Virus record (IMG/VR): IMGVR_UViG_3300025345_000016
Location: 1-52,513 of that record
DNA from: a virus
Taxonomy: Duplodnaviria > Caudoviricetes
Reading direction: 5' to 3' (one strand)
DNA length: 52,513 nucleotides
The stretch's first letter is position 1. Each line of letters opens with the position of its first letter. The notes below the pieces were generated by a model. The model was given only the letters and a program-made list of their open reading frames with translations. It searched no databases and was not told where the DNA came from. Positions 38,897 through 50,900 of the stretch are shown piece by piece. The translations under genes and the position numbers were made by a program.

Positions 38897-41710
38897 TTAT
38901 TTTTTCTTTTTCTTTTGCGGTTTATTTTCTTCTTCCTCTTCTTGTTGTTGGAGTTGTGATTGTTGTATTAAATAATTTTCAATGATTTCATTGAAGTTTT
39001 TAGTAACTAAATCACTAAAATCAGTTAAGTATTTTAAAAGATTTTGTAATCTTTCATTAGATATACCACTATCCTGAAATTCATTAAATATCATTAAAGT
39101 TGCAAGGGATTTTCTTATTTCTTTTAGTATGAAATAAAGTTTAATAATACTTTCACCATTTTCTATAATACTTAAAACATTGGTTATTATTTCTGCAAAT
39201 TCGGGATCAATTTCTTGTATTTGTTCTATTTGTTGAGATAATACTGGTAATTCATGACTATCGAATATGGGTTCAACATCATCGGCATGTTTTTCATTTA
39301 AATCATATTTCAAAATAGGAAAATTATGATATTTGAATACAATTTTATATTCATTATTCCTTTCTAATATATCAAAATCGGTAAATGAAATTTTATATTC
39401 TCCCAGTTTTTCTAATTTTTTCATATTATTATCAATTTCAACACTTAAATGCGAATTTATGTTTTTATCGGTTTTAATGAATAATACTTTATCATCTTGA
39501 ACAACTTTTATAACATCATTAATGAATTCTATTCCGTTTCCAATAAGAGGTCCATAGTGTATATCTTTAATATAGTTTGGATTATATTTAACTATCAATC
39601 CTTGTTCAATATTTCCATATTTTCTATTCAACATAAAATTACTTAAAATTAAATCTTCTCCATATTTGTAAGAACCGGAATTATAATCATAATATAGTGG
39701 AATAACCTCAAAATGATCCGATTCTTCAAATTTAATAACAAAATCCTTGTTTTTATTTAATTCAATTTCTTTATTTATTTTACTGTTTAGTAAAAATTGA
39801 GATGGTTGAATGTTTTCGGAATATTTAAAAAATGAAAATGGATTATCTGTATTTTCTTTAAAATAAGTAAATGGAATATTGTTTAAAGTGTCAATTGGAT
39901 CAATAAAAGAAGATAATTTATTATCATAATAATCACTTATATTTTTCAAGTGGATGATATTTAAGTTATCAAAATCGGTATTAGAAGTAATGTTATCTTC
40001 AATTAATCTTATATAAGAAGAGAATTTTTTATTAATATAAAATTGTCCATTTTCTTTATCAATTTCTAATAAATCGGATATGGGTATATTGTCTTTATAA
40101 ATTCCATATCCTTTTATTGAAATCTCAATGTCAATATCATCTGATAATTTATTATTATTAATTTCTTTTTCTACTTGAATATTTTCTCCTTCTTTAATAT
40201 AACGGTAAGTATTATTGTTTATTCTAATGATTAATTCGGCATTTTTAAAATCATCAAGTATTTTAGGATATTTGTCAAAACCATAAACGGTTAATATGGA
40301 ATATGTTAATGGATCAAGATTAATTTCGTATAATTTATTGTCTTTATAATAAGTGTATTTGTTATTTGAAATGTATGGATTACTTTCTTTGATTTTTAAT
40401 ATTCCTTTTTCTCTTACTTCATTAAGTAATTCAGATACTTTTTTATCGTCATGGGCAATATTATATTTTCTTAATATTTGTTTTGCGTTTTCTATTACAC
40501 TCTCTTCAATATCGGTATCATCAATAACATATTTTTTATTTTGATTAACATCCACGAAAAAGAATTTATTATCATAATATCCCATAGATAATTTTGTATT
40601 TTGTTGATTTTTCTTAAATTCTTCTATTGGTTGATAATATATATCATATAGTTTATTTTTATCATAAATTAACATATGATTTTTATCTTTATAAATTGCA
40701 TATTTGATCGATTTTAAATCAGGAAGAAGTTTAAGATTACTTAAATTGATTTTAACTTTCGGAATGGTTATTTCATTTATTTCCTTAAAAGTATTTTTAT
40801 CAATGAAAACACCATATTTATCATTTTTAATTTCAATAAGACTATTTTCAAAATTTAAATTAGATGTTTTAATATAAATATTATGTGTTTTGATTTCTCT
40901 GGTTATTTTTACGGGTTGACCAATAGAAGATTGTAATGTTTGGGATAATTCTTTGGAATGTTTTCCCGGAAGTGATAATATTCTTTTGATATAATTAGGT
41001 AATTGATTAATATCGGAAATTTCGTATTGTTTTACTTTACTTAATTTACCATTTTTATATGTTTTATATTCAAGAATATATTTAGATGGATCTTGGGGAT
41101 GTAAATTTAATGTTAATTCAATTTCATGTCTTTTGGTTGTTTCCTTTGCATGTATTATACTTTTATTTCCTATATTTTCTTGAACAGTATCTTCATTGAT
41201 TTTAATAAGTGAATATTTCTTGAATTTATCATTTTTATAACTATATAATGGATTTAAATAGTTTTCTTTTAAATGGTATATAATATCTTCCGATACTTTA
41301 AATAAAAGTAAATTTTTATCAATTAAAAATGCATATTCATCATCGGATACTTTTACTAATTCCCATAAATTAGGTTTATTTTCCGGAAGATATACCGGTA
41401 AAAAGAAATATTTATCAAGATAATATTTATCTTCTGCAATTTTTATACTTCCTTTATTATCTATAAATTTTTCCGCATATTTTACTAAGTATCCATCTCT
41501 ATCGAAAAGTAATATTCCGTATTGAAAATTAAGTGTATTATTAATTAAAGAAGATGTTTTTTGATTTTCGATAATTAATCTTACATCTGTTATAGGAAAT
41601 TTTTCTATAACTTCGTTAGTAGTATTAATCTTTTTACAAAATCCTTCTTTATTTAAAAGTATTTTATCGAAAAGTGAAAAAGATAAGTCTGAATTGAGAT
41701 AAAGTTTCAT
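38897..41710 (-). CDS. Large hypothetical (probable head/structural) protein
   Basis: 937 aa; GACATT 9 nt upstream; Q/E/K-rich tail. Confidence 0.75.
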   Translation of the reverse strand: MKLYLNSDLSFSLFDKILLNKEGFCKKINTTNEVIEKFPITDVRLIIENQKTSSLINNTLNFQYGILLFDRDGYLVKYAEKFIDNKGSIKIAEDKYYLDKYFFLPVYLPENKPNLWELVKVSDDEYAFLIDKNLLLFKVSEDIIYHLKENYLNPLYSYKNDKFKKYSLIKINEDTVQENIGNKSIIHAKETTKRHEIELTLNLHPQDPSKYILEYKTYKNGKLSKVKQYEISDINQLPNYIKRILSLPGKHSKELSQTLQSSIGQPVKITREIKTHNIYIKTSNLNFENSLIEIKNDKYGVFIDKNTFKEINEITIPKVKINLSNLKLLPDLKSIKYAIYKDKNHMLIYDKNKLYDIYYQPIEEFKKNQQNTKLSMGYYDNKFFFVDVNQNKKYVIDDTDIEESVIENAKQILRKYNIAHDDKKVSELLNEVREKGILKIKESNPYISNNKYTYYKDNKLYEINLDPLTYSILTVYGFDKYPKILDDFKNAELIIRINNNTYRYIKEGENIQVEKEINNNKLSDDIDIEISIKGYGIYKDNIPISDLLEIDKENGQFYINKKFSSYIRLIEDNITSNTDFDNLNIIHLKNISDYYDNKLSSFIDPIDTLNNIPFTYFKENTDNPFSFFKYSENIQPSQFLLNSKINKEIELNKNKDFVIKFEESDHFEVIPLYYDYNSGSYKYGEDLILSNFMLNRKYGNIEQGLIVKYNPNYIKDIHYGPLIGNGIEFINDVIKVVQDDKVLFIKTDKNINSHLSVEIDNNMKKLEKLGEYKISFTDFDILERNNEYKIVFKYHNFPILKYDLNEKHADDVEPIFDSHELPVLSQQIEQIQEIDPEFAEIITNVLSIIENGESIIKLYFILKEIRKSLATLMIFNEFQDSGISNERLQNLLKYLTDFSDLVTKNFNEIIENYLIQQSQLQQQEEEEENKPQKKKKK

Positions 41711-41814
41711 ACAACATAAAATGTCGTTATTTTATTCTTCCTTTCTTCTTTTTCTTTTTTAAAAAAAATTCCGCAAGTTCTTTTGAAATTGATTTTAAAA
41801 ATATTTAATTAACA

Positions 41815-42618
41815 TTATTTAATTTTTAATTTTTCTAGTATCTTTTGTATAGGTGATTTTTGTTCTTCTTCCGGATGCATTGTTTCAATAACTTTAGTCA
41901 TTCTTTTTTTATGTTTTTCTATTTCTTCTTTTTTCAATCTTTGTAATTCATGTTCCCTTTCTTCTATATAAGGTAATATATATTTCTCATAATTTTCTCT
42001 TGCTTTTTGTTTAATATTCTCATATCTTGTATTATTTATCCAATTTTCATAATGATTTTTTATTTTTGTTAATGTTTCGGGATCATCTATGGTTTTAAGG
42101 AAATGATCTTTGAATTCATTATATATTTTATTTTCTCTAGAACCGGGTTTTAAAAAAGGTTTTCGATACGATAGAACTTTATCTCCCATTATATTTTCGG
42201 GATGAAATATACTTAAAATAGTATTGTGATAAAGATTCTTATCTATATCTTCATATTCATTTAAACCCAATTTTTTATTAATTTTTTTCATAATTGTAAA
42301 ATAGTTAAGAAAATTTATATGATAACTATCTGGTTCGCCAGTTATATACTTAATTCGATGCTTATAGTTTTCTAAAAATACATCTTTAAGATTTTTTCTC
42401 ATTATTTGGAGTTTCTTTTTATCTTGTATTTTTTCAAGTTCATTAGAAACATGTTTATAAAAATTTATATCATTAAAATTTCTATAAAAAGGATAATCTT
42501 CATATTTTCCTTCTTTCCATGCATCCATAAACTCATCATGAAAAGGTTTAGATAATTCAAGATAATCTGAACTTTCTTTTTTGTTTAATAAAATATTTTT
42601 TAATTTTATTAAATTCAT
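41815..42618 (-). CDS. Hypothetical protein, paralog of 42625..43338
   Basis: Shared KKINxxLG..Y..IDK...H.T.L...HP and IDD..TL..(I/L)KN.YE..IN motifs. Confidence 0.85.
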   Translation of the reverse strand: MNLIKLKNILLNKKESSDYLELSKPFHDEFMDAWKEGKYEDYPFYRNFNDINFYKHVSNELEKIQDKKKLQIMRKNLKDVFLENYKHRIKYITGEPDSYHINFLNYFTIMKKINKKLGLNEYEDIDKNLYHNTILSIFHPENIMGDKVLSYRKPFLKPGSRENKIYNEFKDHFLKTIDDPETLTKIKNHYENWINNTRYENIKQKARENYEKYILPYIEEREHELQRLKKEEIEKHKKRMTKVIETMHPEEEQKSPIQKILEKLKIK

Positions 42619-42624
42619 ATCATT

Positions 42625-43338
42625 TTAAAATGTCTTTTTTCTTTGTATTTCCTTTATTCTTAAATCAATTAAAGGTTCGATTTTCTCTTTATAAAATTTT
42701 TTAATATAAGGTACCCCTTCTTTCATATCTTCTCTGTGTTTTTCAAAATAGTTAATATATTCTTCATATTTATTTTTTAATTCTTTTAAAGTATCGATAT
42801 CATCTATATAATCTATTGATTTAGAGAAAGACTTAAGGCGTTTCTCTTTATAGGAGGAAATTTTACCTTCTTTAAATTTTGGTAAATAAATACTATCTAA
42901 ATCAATAAAATGTCGAGGATGATATAGTTCTAAAAAAGTTTTATGAAAAATTTTTTTATCAATTCCATCATAAGGGTCTCTTCCTAATCTTTCGTTAATT
43001 TTTTTTCTAAAAACCAAATATCCGTTTAAAAGACGGGCCTTATGCTCGGTGTCTCTAAGACTATTTAAAATAAAATCTCTTTTTAAATCTTCTTCTAATG
43101 AATTGGGATACCAATGTTCTTTCATTCTTTTTTCCAACATTTCTAATTCTTTATCCGATAAACTATCTATGACATTAGCAAAATGACTAGGATGATAAAT
43201 ATCTTTAGAAAATCCAGAAACAAATTCGTGTATTAAATCATACTGCTCTTCTCCCTTTCCTTTTATAAAATCTTTAAGAAATTTTAATTTTGCTTCTTTT
43301 ATATTTTCTAGTATATTTTTTAATTCTAAAAGTAACAT
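42625..43338 (-). CDS. Hypothetical protein, paralog of 41815..42618
   Basis: Same shared motifs; N-terminus MLLLELKNILENIKEA. Confidence 0.85.
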   Translation of the reverse strand: MLLLELKNILENIKEAKLKFLKDFIKGKGEEQYDLIHEFVSGFSKDIYHPSHFANVIDSLSDKELEMLEKRMKEHWYPNSLEEDLKRDFILNSLRDTEHKARLLNGYLVFRKKINERLGRDPYDGIDKKIFHKTFLELYHPRHFIDLDSIYLPKFKEGKISSYKEKRLKSFSKSIDYIDDIDTLKELKNKYEEYINYFEKHREDMKEGVPYIKKFYKEKIEPLIDLRIKEIQRKKTF

Positions 43339-43345
43339 AACATTA

Positions 43346-43780
43346 TTAAATGTGCTTTGGTATTTCTAATTTCTGATCCGTATATGCAAGAAAAGGATTT
43401 AATGTAAAAGTATTATATACCGCAATATGATGTACATATGATTCTCCCTTTTCCAATGATTGCATAATACGATTCATTACTTTATTAACATCTATTATTT
43501 CTTTATATTTGTCTAAATGTTCAACGATATCATTTAAATTATTAAATTCTCCTTGTGATAATGTAAATATTTTTTGAACATGATGATTAGGAAATTTTTC
43601 ATCTGGCATGTATGTTTCACCTATAACGAATAAACGATATTTAACTTTATTTCCTTCTTGTATGGGAGTAAATACAACATGTATTTTATCTTTTTTATTA
43701 AATTCTTTTTTGTCAAGTATTTTACTAGGATCTCCTTCGTATATTCTATCAAAATTATTTTGTGAGTATTTGATTAACAT
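43346..43780 (-). CDS. Hypothetical protein
   Basis: 144-aa ORF. Confidence 0.8.
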   Translation of the reverse strand: MLIKYSQNNFDRIYEGDPSKILDKKEFNKKDKIHVVFTPIQEGNKVKYRLFVIGETYMPDEKFPNHHVQKIFTLSQGEFNNLNDIVEHLDKYKEIIDVNKVMNRIMQSLEKGESYVHHIAVYNTFTLNPFLAYTDQKLEIPKHI

Positions 43781-43890
43781 TATTTTTGATATTTACTAAT
43801 TATCTTTTCTGTTGATAATCTATCATAATATTCGCTAAAAATTGCCGTTTTATAGTTCTCTAGTATATTTTTCAATTCCAAAAGTACCAC
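43780..43890 (-). CDS. 36-aa peptide sharing its N-terminus with 42625..43338
   Basis: GTG start; MVLLELKNILENYKTAIFSEYYDRLSTEKIISKYQK; TAATG coupling to the next gene. Confidence 0.6.
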   Translation of the reverse strand: MVLLELKNILENYKTAIFSEYYDRLSTEKIISKYQK

Positions 43891-43897
43891 AACATTA

Positions 43898-44467
43898 TTA
43901 AATGTGTTTTTTAGTTTCTTCTATAATAGAAGATAATATATCTTTTTCATTTATATTGTAAAGTTCTATTCTTAAATCAAGTATAATAGACAATTTATCA
44001 TTAGTTGATAAAAATTTAGTTTTTACATTATTTTCAAGAAGAAAATATTGAGAAAGTATATTACTATCAATTTTTAGAATTTTAGATAATTCGTTTAAAT
44101 CAATTATAATTTTTCCATTTTCTAATTTAGATTTTAATGTTATGGAACTGAATTGGTCTCTTTGTAATTTCAAGAGGGCATATTTCTTTCTTAAAAACAT
44201 ACTGACTTTACTTTTAATAACGCCATTTTTTCCGATAAATGTATCAAAATTATCAATAATTTCTTTAATATCACTACAAATTACATCTTTATAGGGAAGT
44301 TCATTTAAAAATTTTTGAATATATTTGTTTCCGGTTTTTTTATAATGTTTCTTAGTATAGAATTGAACAATACGATATATAATTTTATTAATATATTCAA
44401 GTATATTTTTATCTGATATTTTATTTTTAAAATCTTGATTACAAACTTCGCAGAAGAAATCTAACAT
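43898..44467 (-). CDS. Hypothetical protein
   Basis: 189-aa ORF. Confidence 0.8.
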   Translation of the reverse strand: MLDFFCEVCNQDFKNKISDKNILEYINKIIYRIVQFYTKKHYKKTGNKYIQKFLNELPYKDVICSDIKEIIDNFDTFIGKNGVIKSKVSMFLRKKYALLKLQRDQFSSITLKSKLENGKIIIDLNELSKILKIDSNILSQYFLLENNVKTKFLSTNDKLSIILDLRIELYNINEKDILSSIIEETKKHI

Positions 44468-44479
44468 ACAATGAAAATT

Positions 44480-44911
44480 TTAACGGATAAGATGAATATT
44501 ATTTAAAAGATACCATTTATGTTGATAAAGTTCTTGTTCGGCCTCTTGTTGTAATTGTTCTCCAATAGAAATATAAAGTTGCATTTTCATTTCAAAATCA
44601 TTGACTTCTATGGCATCACCTATACTTGCGGCATTTTGCATATAATATAATCCTTTCTTTTTTAATAAAATACCAACAGTTAATTTTAAAAATGACCATT
44701 TAATTGCGGGAAGTGGTATAACGGGAAGAAAATATGTTGTCTCGTATAATGATTCCCATCTTGTTGATGCCTCTCTTAATGCATCACATATTTCATCATT
44801 AGAAAATTCGGTTCCATCCGGATTATAATGCAAATATCTTTTAGAAGGAATATCTTGGAGATATTTTCTAACTTCATCAATATATTGATTAAATCTTCCA
44901 CAGTTATACAT
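44480..44911 (-). CDS. Putative head-tail adaptor (neck) protein
   Basis: VRKYLQD...EFSNDEI pattern; start reassigned to ATG 44911. Confidence 0.55.
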   Translation of the reverse strand: MYNCGRFNQYIDEVRKYLQDIPSKRYLHYNPDGTEFSNDEICDALREASTRWESLYETTYFLPVIPLPAIKWSFLKLTVGILLKKKGLYYMQNAASIGDAIEVNDFEMKMQLYISIGEQLQQEAEQELYQHKWYLLNNIHLIR

Positions 44912-44962
44912 TATTTTCAAATGTGATTTAAAAAAAATAAATGGTTTTTAAAAACATGATAA

Positions 44963-44980
44963 GGGACCCGAGAGGGTCCC
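44963..44980 (-). terminator. Hairpin after the giant DnaB-domain gene
   Basis: GGGACCC-GAGA-GGGTCCC, 6 nt after the stop; short U-tail. Confidence 0.6.
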
Positions 44981-44986
44981 AGAAGA

Positions 44987-47900
44987 TTATACTTCAAACT
45001 CAATTTCATTTCTTTTACTCTTTACTAATTTTCTCAATTTTTCAATGTTTTTAAATAAGGATACAAAAAATTCATTTTGAGTATATTCTAATAAATTAGT
45101 ATTAGATATTTTATGATTTTTTATATAATCTATGGATTTTTCATATGAATTGAATATTTCCGAAAATATGTTTAAAAATTCATCAATATTTTCAATATCG
45201 TATCTATCTTTTACATAATCAATAATTTCATCTTTGTAATAGTTGAATAAGTATTTGTAAATTTCTAACCATTTGGGAACATATAATCTTGAATTAATTT
45301 CTCTGAAAAATACATCAATTATAGTTTGTATATTTTTAACTTCATTACTTTCCGTTAATGAATCAAATACTCTCAATATATTTAATGATGATAATGAAAG
45401 TATTATGTCTTGATAACCATCTTTGATATGAGTATCTACAAAATGTTTAATAACATCCAAGTGGTTTTGATCAATTCGTTTCAAATCCAATTCTTTTATC
45501 AATTTTAACAATACGGGATGATATTCATATTCATTATTATTTTGATTTCTTTCTAGTATGAAAAATGTATTTTCAAATAATTTTAATGATTCAGTAAATG
45601 TTTTAATATATTTAGAAAGTGATAATTGTAAATCATATATATTTGATTTAAATATTCTATTATTTTCATAAACACGAGATATTATAGATAAAATTTCATC
45701 AAGGAATGATTTATTTAATTGTTTAGTATCATATTCTTTTGTTAATATTGAATTTAGTTTTACAATATCAATATAAACATTATGTAATATTGAACCGATA
45801 TTAAGGAATATATCATATGAATCATTTAGGAATTTGTGCATTACAGATAATATATTATACCATGGTTGATATTTTTCATTATCTTTAATTTTTTCTAAAA
45901 TAAGTTTATAACTTTTTAAATAAAGTTCTTTATTATCTCTTACGATATCTAATACTTCTTTACGATAAGGAATAATAGATTCATCTATAATAGTTTTCTT
46001 TGAATAATCATGAACATTATTATAAAATGTTATTATATGTTCTTCGGAAATTTTTCTTTTGTTTAGGATTTTTTGTTTAGTTGAATAGATTTTATTAACA
46101 TATTTTATGGCAAATTGGAATAATTGATATAAAAATGTTGAACGATATTTGTATTCATCGGCGGCATTTTCAATATCAATATCAAAATGAATTAAAAATT
46201 TATTGTAATAATTGTTTAATAATCCTGTGATAACATAAGAATATTCATATGTGCATTGTATAATTTCTTTGAAATAATTAGATATAATATTAACTTTCGT
46301 TTTTTCTTCTTCTGATAATGGAATTTCTTTTAATATTTGATAACTTTCTTTTTCAAATTCCTCTATTTGAGAAATATCATAATTGGGTTCTTCAATTCTA
46401 ATAATATTTTTATCCTCATTTATTTCACTTATTGTATTAATATTTGTTGTATTATTTTCTTCGTTATTATTGTTGTTATTATCATTATTATTATTGTCAT
46501 TTTTATCTTCTTTTTGATTTTTCTTTAGTGATAAATCATTCAATATATGTTCTTTAAGTGAATTAATAACATAATTCATATTTTCAATTTCAAATTTGAT
46601 TTTTTCTATTATTCCTTTATTGATGAATTTGTTATTTTTAACTAAATTCAATATTTCTTTTACAGATTTTAGATAACGAATATAATGTTGTATATACAAG
46701 TGATCAAGTGGTTCATCAATATCGTTATAATTTATTTCAGAATGATAACTATTGATGTATAATTGAAAATCATGTAAATATTCGGGTAAATCATAATTTC
46801 TTATTTCTTTAATAAAGTTATTAAATTCATCCCAATTTTTATTTTTAATGGAATTATTCCATAAATCAATTATTTTTTGAGATGTTTTATAGAATTGATT
46901 AAACCAGGTTGATACATAAAATTTGGGTTTAAATTCTTCAATTCCTAATTCTTCAAATATGAATGTTTTTATGACGCCCCTTATGAACTTAATTTTATTT
47001 CCCTCTATAACATCATGTGTTTTTTGTATTTCCTTAAGGTCTCTTTCTGTCATGGTACCCTCCTTTGAAGTTTTCATATCGTATATTTTTATATTTTTAT
47101 TTTCTTCTTGTGTTTCTTCCTTTAATTTTTCAAACAAATTAATATTATATCCTATGTGGTTAAGAAAATGTTTAATTTTTTCATAAATATTAATAACATA
47201 TTCCGGAATTTGATTTATATCTAATACTTCAAGTGTAATTTTATCGGATAAATTGTAAAATGTAATTTCATCAGGATTTTTCATTTTATATGGATATCTC
47301 ACATTTATTAATATATTTATCGTATTCAATAATTCTTCATCGGTTAAGTTATTTATCATTTCTCTAAAATCTTTATCTTTTATATATTGATAATATAATG
47401 CAAAAAGAATATTATTGAGAGTAATTTTTTGTTTAATATTATTGGTTAATTTCAATATTCTATCATTTAACAACATATAACGATTATAAAATTCATTTCC
47501 TTCATTAAGAATTTGTTCTTTTAGGAGGTTATAATAATCGGTTATTTGCTCTTTATTAATTTGTATAAATTTTGTAAATTTTGAAATATTATTTAATTTA
47601 TCTTTAATATCGGATACGATTTTTTTAATTTTTTTAATATCATCATCATTTAAGAATCTGATATAAACTTTATCTTCGGAAGATTTTTCCTTATCGTAAA
47701 ATATTTCATTAATTTTCTTTATGTTTTCAATGATATTATTCATATTTACAATAATTTTAGATGGAAGTATAAACATTGGACCAAAATAAGTTATATGATC
47801 AAAATTGATTTTAATATTGTTTTTATTTAAGTAATCAACGGTTTTTCTGAAATGATTATAAATCTCGGATATATTTCCATTAAGTAAGGAGGGATAAATT

Positions 47901-50900
47901 CTTTTAATGTATAGATAATATAAATCTTTAAATTTCTTGTTTTTATACAATGTTTCAATTTCTTCACTAATATTATCAATATCTTTTATAAGTTCAATTA
48001 GGTTATGAGATTTTACTAAATTTTCATTATCAATTTTGTGATTATTAATATAGTCATTAATTTTATTAAAGACTTCAGAAATTGTTTGATTCCCGGGATC
48101 AATGATATTTAATATACCATATGTTAGATAAATTTTATCCAAGTGGCGATAACAAGTTGGACATAAATTATGTTTCTTATAGAAATATAAAGTTTCATTT
48201 CCACAAATCTTACATTGTATGGTTAATCCTGTATAATAACCATCTTCTAACTCTTTTGGATTACTTATTTTAATTTCATTTTGTGTATTAAATTCGGATA
48301 CAATAGTATCTTTAAATTTCTTACAATTTTCACATAATACATCACCGGTATTATTATAAGTTGTATTTGAACAATTAACACAAATATATGATTTATATCC
48401 TTTATTTTGACAATCATCACATAAACTTTCTACTATTACATCACCATCTTTTATTTCTCTTTCATAATTTTTACATACAGGACAATAATACACAACTTTA
48501 TCGGAATAATTTTCATAATTATTCGTATTAATTGTTTCTTGTTTCTTTAAATTAAGATATTCTTCGTATTTTTCCTTCAATATGTTAAGATAAAAATCAG
48601 GTTCTAACATGTTTTTATTATCAAGAGGCGCAAATCTGAAATAATTTCCTTTAAATAACATATTAATGGTTCCGATTTTGCCATCACGATTTTTAATTAA
48701 ATTAAATTCAACATCATTAACATCTACGGATACACGATTTCTATTCATTAAAATAACGATGTCGGCCTCTTGTTCAATATCACCGGATCCTTTTAAATCA
48801 GTTAATAATACATCATTTTTCTTTCTTTTTTCTATTTCACGATTTAATTGTGATAATACAAAAATTGGTATATTTAATTTCTTAGATAAAGTTGAAAATG
48901 ATTTAATGGATAATGTTATTCCTATGTAAGTGTTAGATACATTCTTTTTATCAACAATAACATTCATTCTTTGTAAGTAATCTACAAATATCAAATTAAC
49001 TTTATTTTCTTTAACCATTTGTTCTATAACATTTTCTATTTCACTTAATTCATAAGTATTATTTATAATAATCAGTCTTGATAAATAATAATCATTTATC
49101 ATTTTTAAAGTATTTTCAAATTCTTCGTCTTTTTTCATATATTTATCAATTAATGTTTTCTTATCTAATCCTAAAAGAATTTGAAGTATTCTTAATCCAA
49201 GATATTCCTTTTGTGTTTCGAGAGAAATAAATCCAATTTTAATATCAGGATGTAATGTTAATAATGATAAAACATAATTTAATGCAAATGATGTTTTTCC
49301 AATTGATGGTCTTGCACCTATAACGATCAAATTACCTGATTTAATTTCCATTAAATCATCTAAATCTCTAAAATGAGAACGATACATAAATAAATCACTT
49401 AATGATTTTTGTAATATTTCTTCGGTCGTTATTAAATATTTTTCTTCTCCAAATGATTCTTTCTTATTGAAATATTCTTCATATTTTTTAATTAAATCGT
49501 AATTTTGTAATCCTAAAATATGTTCTTTGAATATATCAACAAATTGATTGTAAATATAAAGTAAATAATCTTCGAGTGTGGCGTTTTCTAATGATTTCAA
49601 TACATTTTTGTAGGATTTTTCATAATATTCATAAAGATATTCGTGAAAGTTTTGATCAATACCAGTATCCATGATTGTTCCCAAAAATTCTTCATCATTA
49701 CTTAAATCAAGGATAAATGTATAAGGTGATTTTATTTCTTCGGTTGATTTATATATTTTTTCGAAAATATATTGAGAGGGAGAATTAAATAAAAATTTTA
49801 CAAATATTTCAAAATAATGTAAATATGGTTTAACTTCCTTACTTCTAAATATCAAAAGTGAAATAAATGATTTTTCTAAAATTTCTTTAATATCTTGTTT
49901 TATATCATAGGCATCTTCTATGGTATATAATTTATCTCTTACAATAAATACTGAATTAGGATATACGGTTTTGAACATATAATAAATTAATCTCCTTGTT
50001 TCTAAACTAACATTTTCTAAATCAACGATTATTTGATCGTTATTTAATTTAACTTTTAGATAAGAATTAACTGTTCTAACATTATCAAATTTGGTTTTAA
50101 TATTTTGATAATTGACACGATCAATTAACTTACTCATTTCTTTTAAATTGTGTCTTATTTCTTCAATTTCTTCAATAGTATATTCGTCATTAGGCGATAA
50201 ATTAAAATCAATATATAAATATGGTATCAGTGAAAATGCATATGGTATATATTCGGGAATTTGGATAGTATCTTTAACTACATCTTCATTTAAAATTTTT
50301 GAATATTCTTTTGGTTCTTTTTTAATAGGATTAAGTAATATTTCATCAACAAGAACAGATAAATAATTTAAATCCGTATAAACTCTAATAATTTCATCTT
50401 GTCTTTCTAATACTCTAAAAGTAAATGTATGATTAGAATTTAAAGACAATTTTACTTTATATTCATCAACATTGTAATCAATCATTTTTCTTATAAACGA
50501 GAAATCATTTTTAATCAAATTTTCGATTAATGGAATGTTAATAATAAGTTTTAAATTTTTTCCTTCACTTATCTCATTGATTTTAACATTGATATCATTA
50601 ATAGTAATAAATCCAATAAATACCAGTAATGGAATATTTAAAGAAGATATACAAACTTCAAATGGAGATACTTTAATTCCAGAATAAAGTGAATATAAAT
50701 AAGATATTTCTTTTAATAAATCAAATAATTCCGGTTTTCCTAATCTTTTTAGATATTCTCTAACTGTAACAACCGAATATGCACATATATTATGTAAAGG
50801 TATGGTTGTAATATTTCCGTTATTAATTTCAGTCCAATTACTTTTATCCAATGATTCTTTAATTGAAGAAAATACAATCGCAAATCTTTCTAAAATACTT

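Larger units (their letters stand above)
43307..43906. repeat. 48-bp direct repeat pair (43307-43354 and 43859-43906; 44/48 identical)
   Basis: Each copy spans the CACATT motif, the start codon and the first ~10 codons. Confidence 0.9.

Noticed and set aside
46450-46500. AAT/AAC repeat as a regulatory microsatellite
   Set aside because: It is an imperfect, in-frame Asn-rich linker within the giant ORF.
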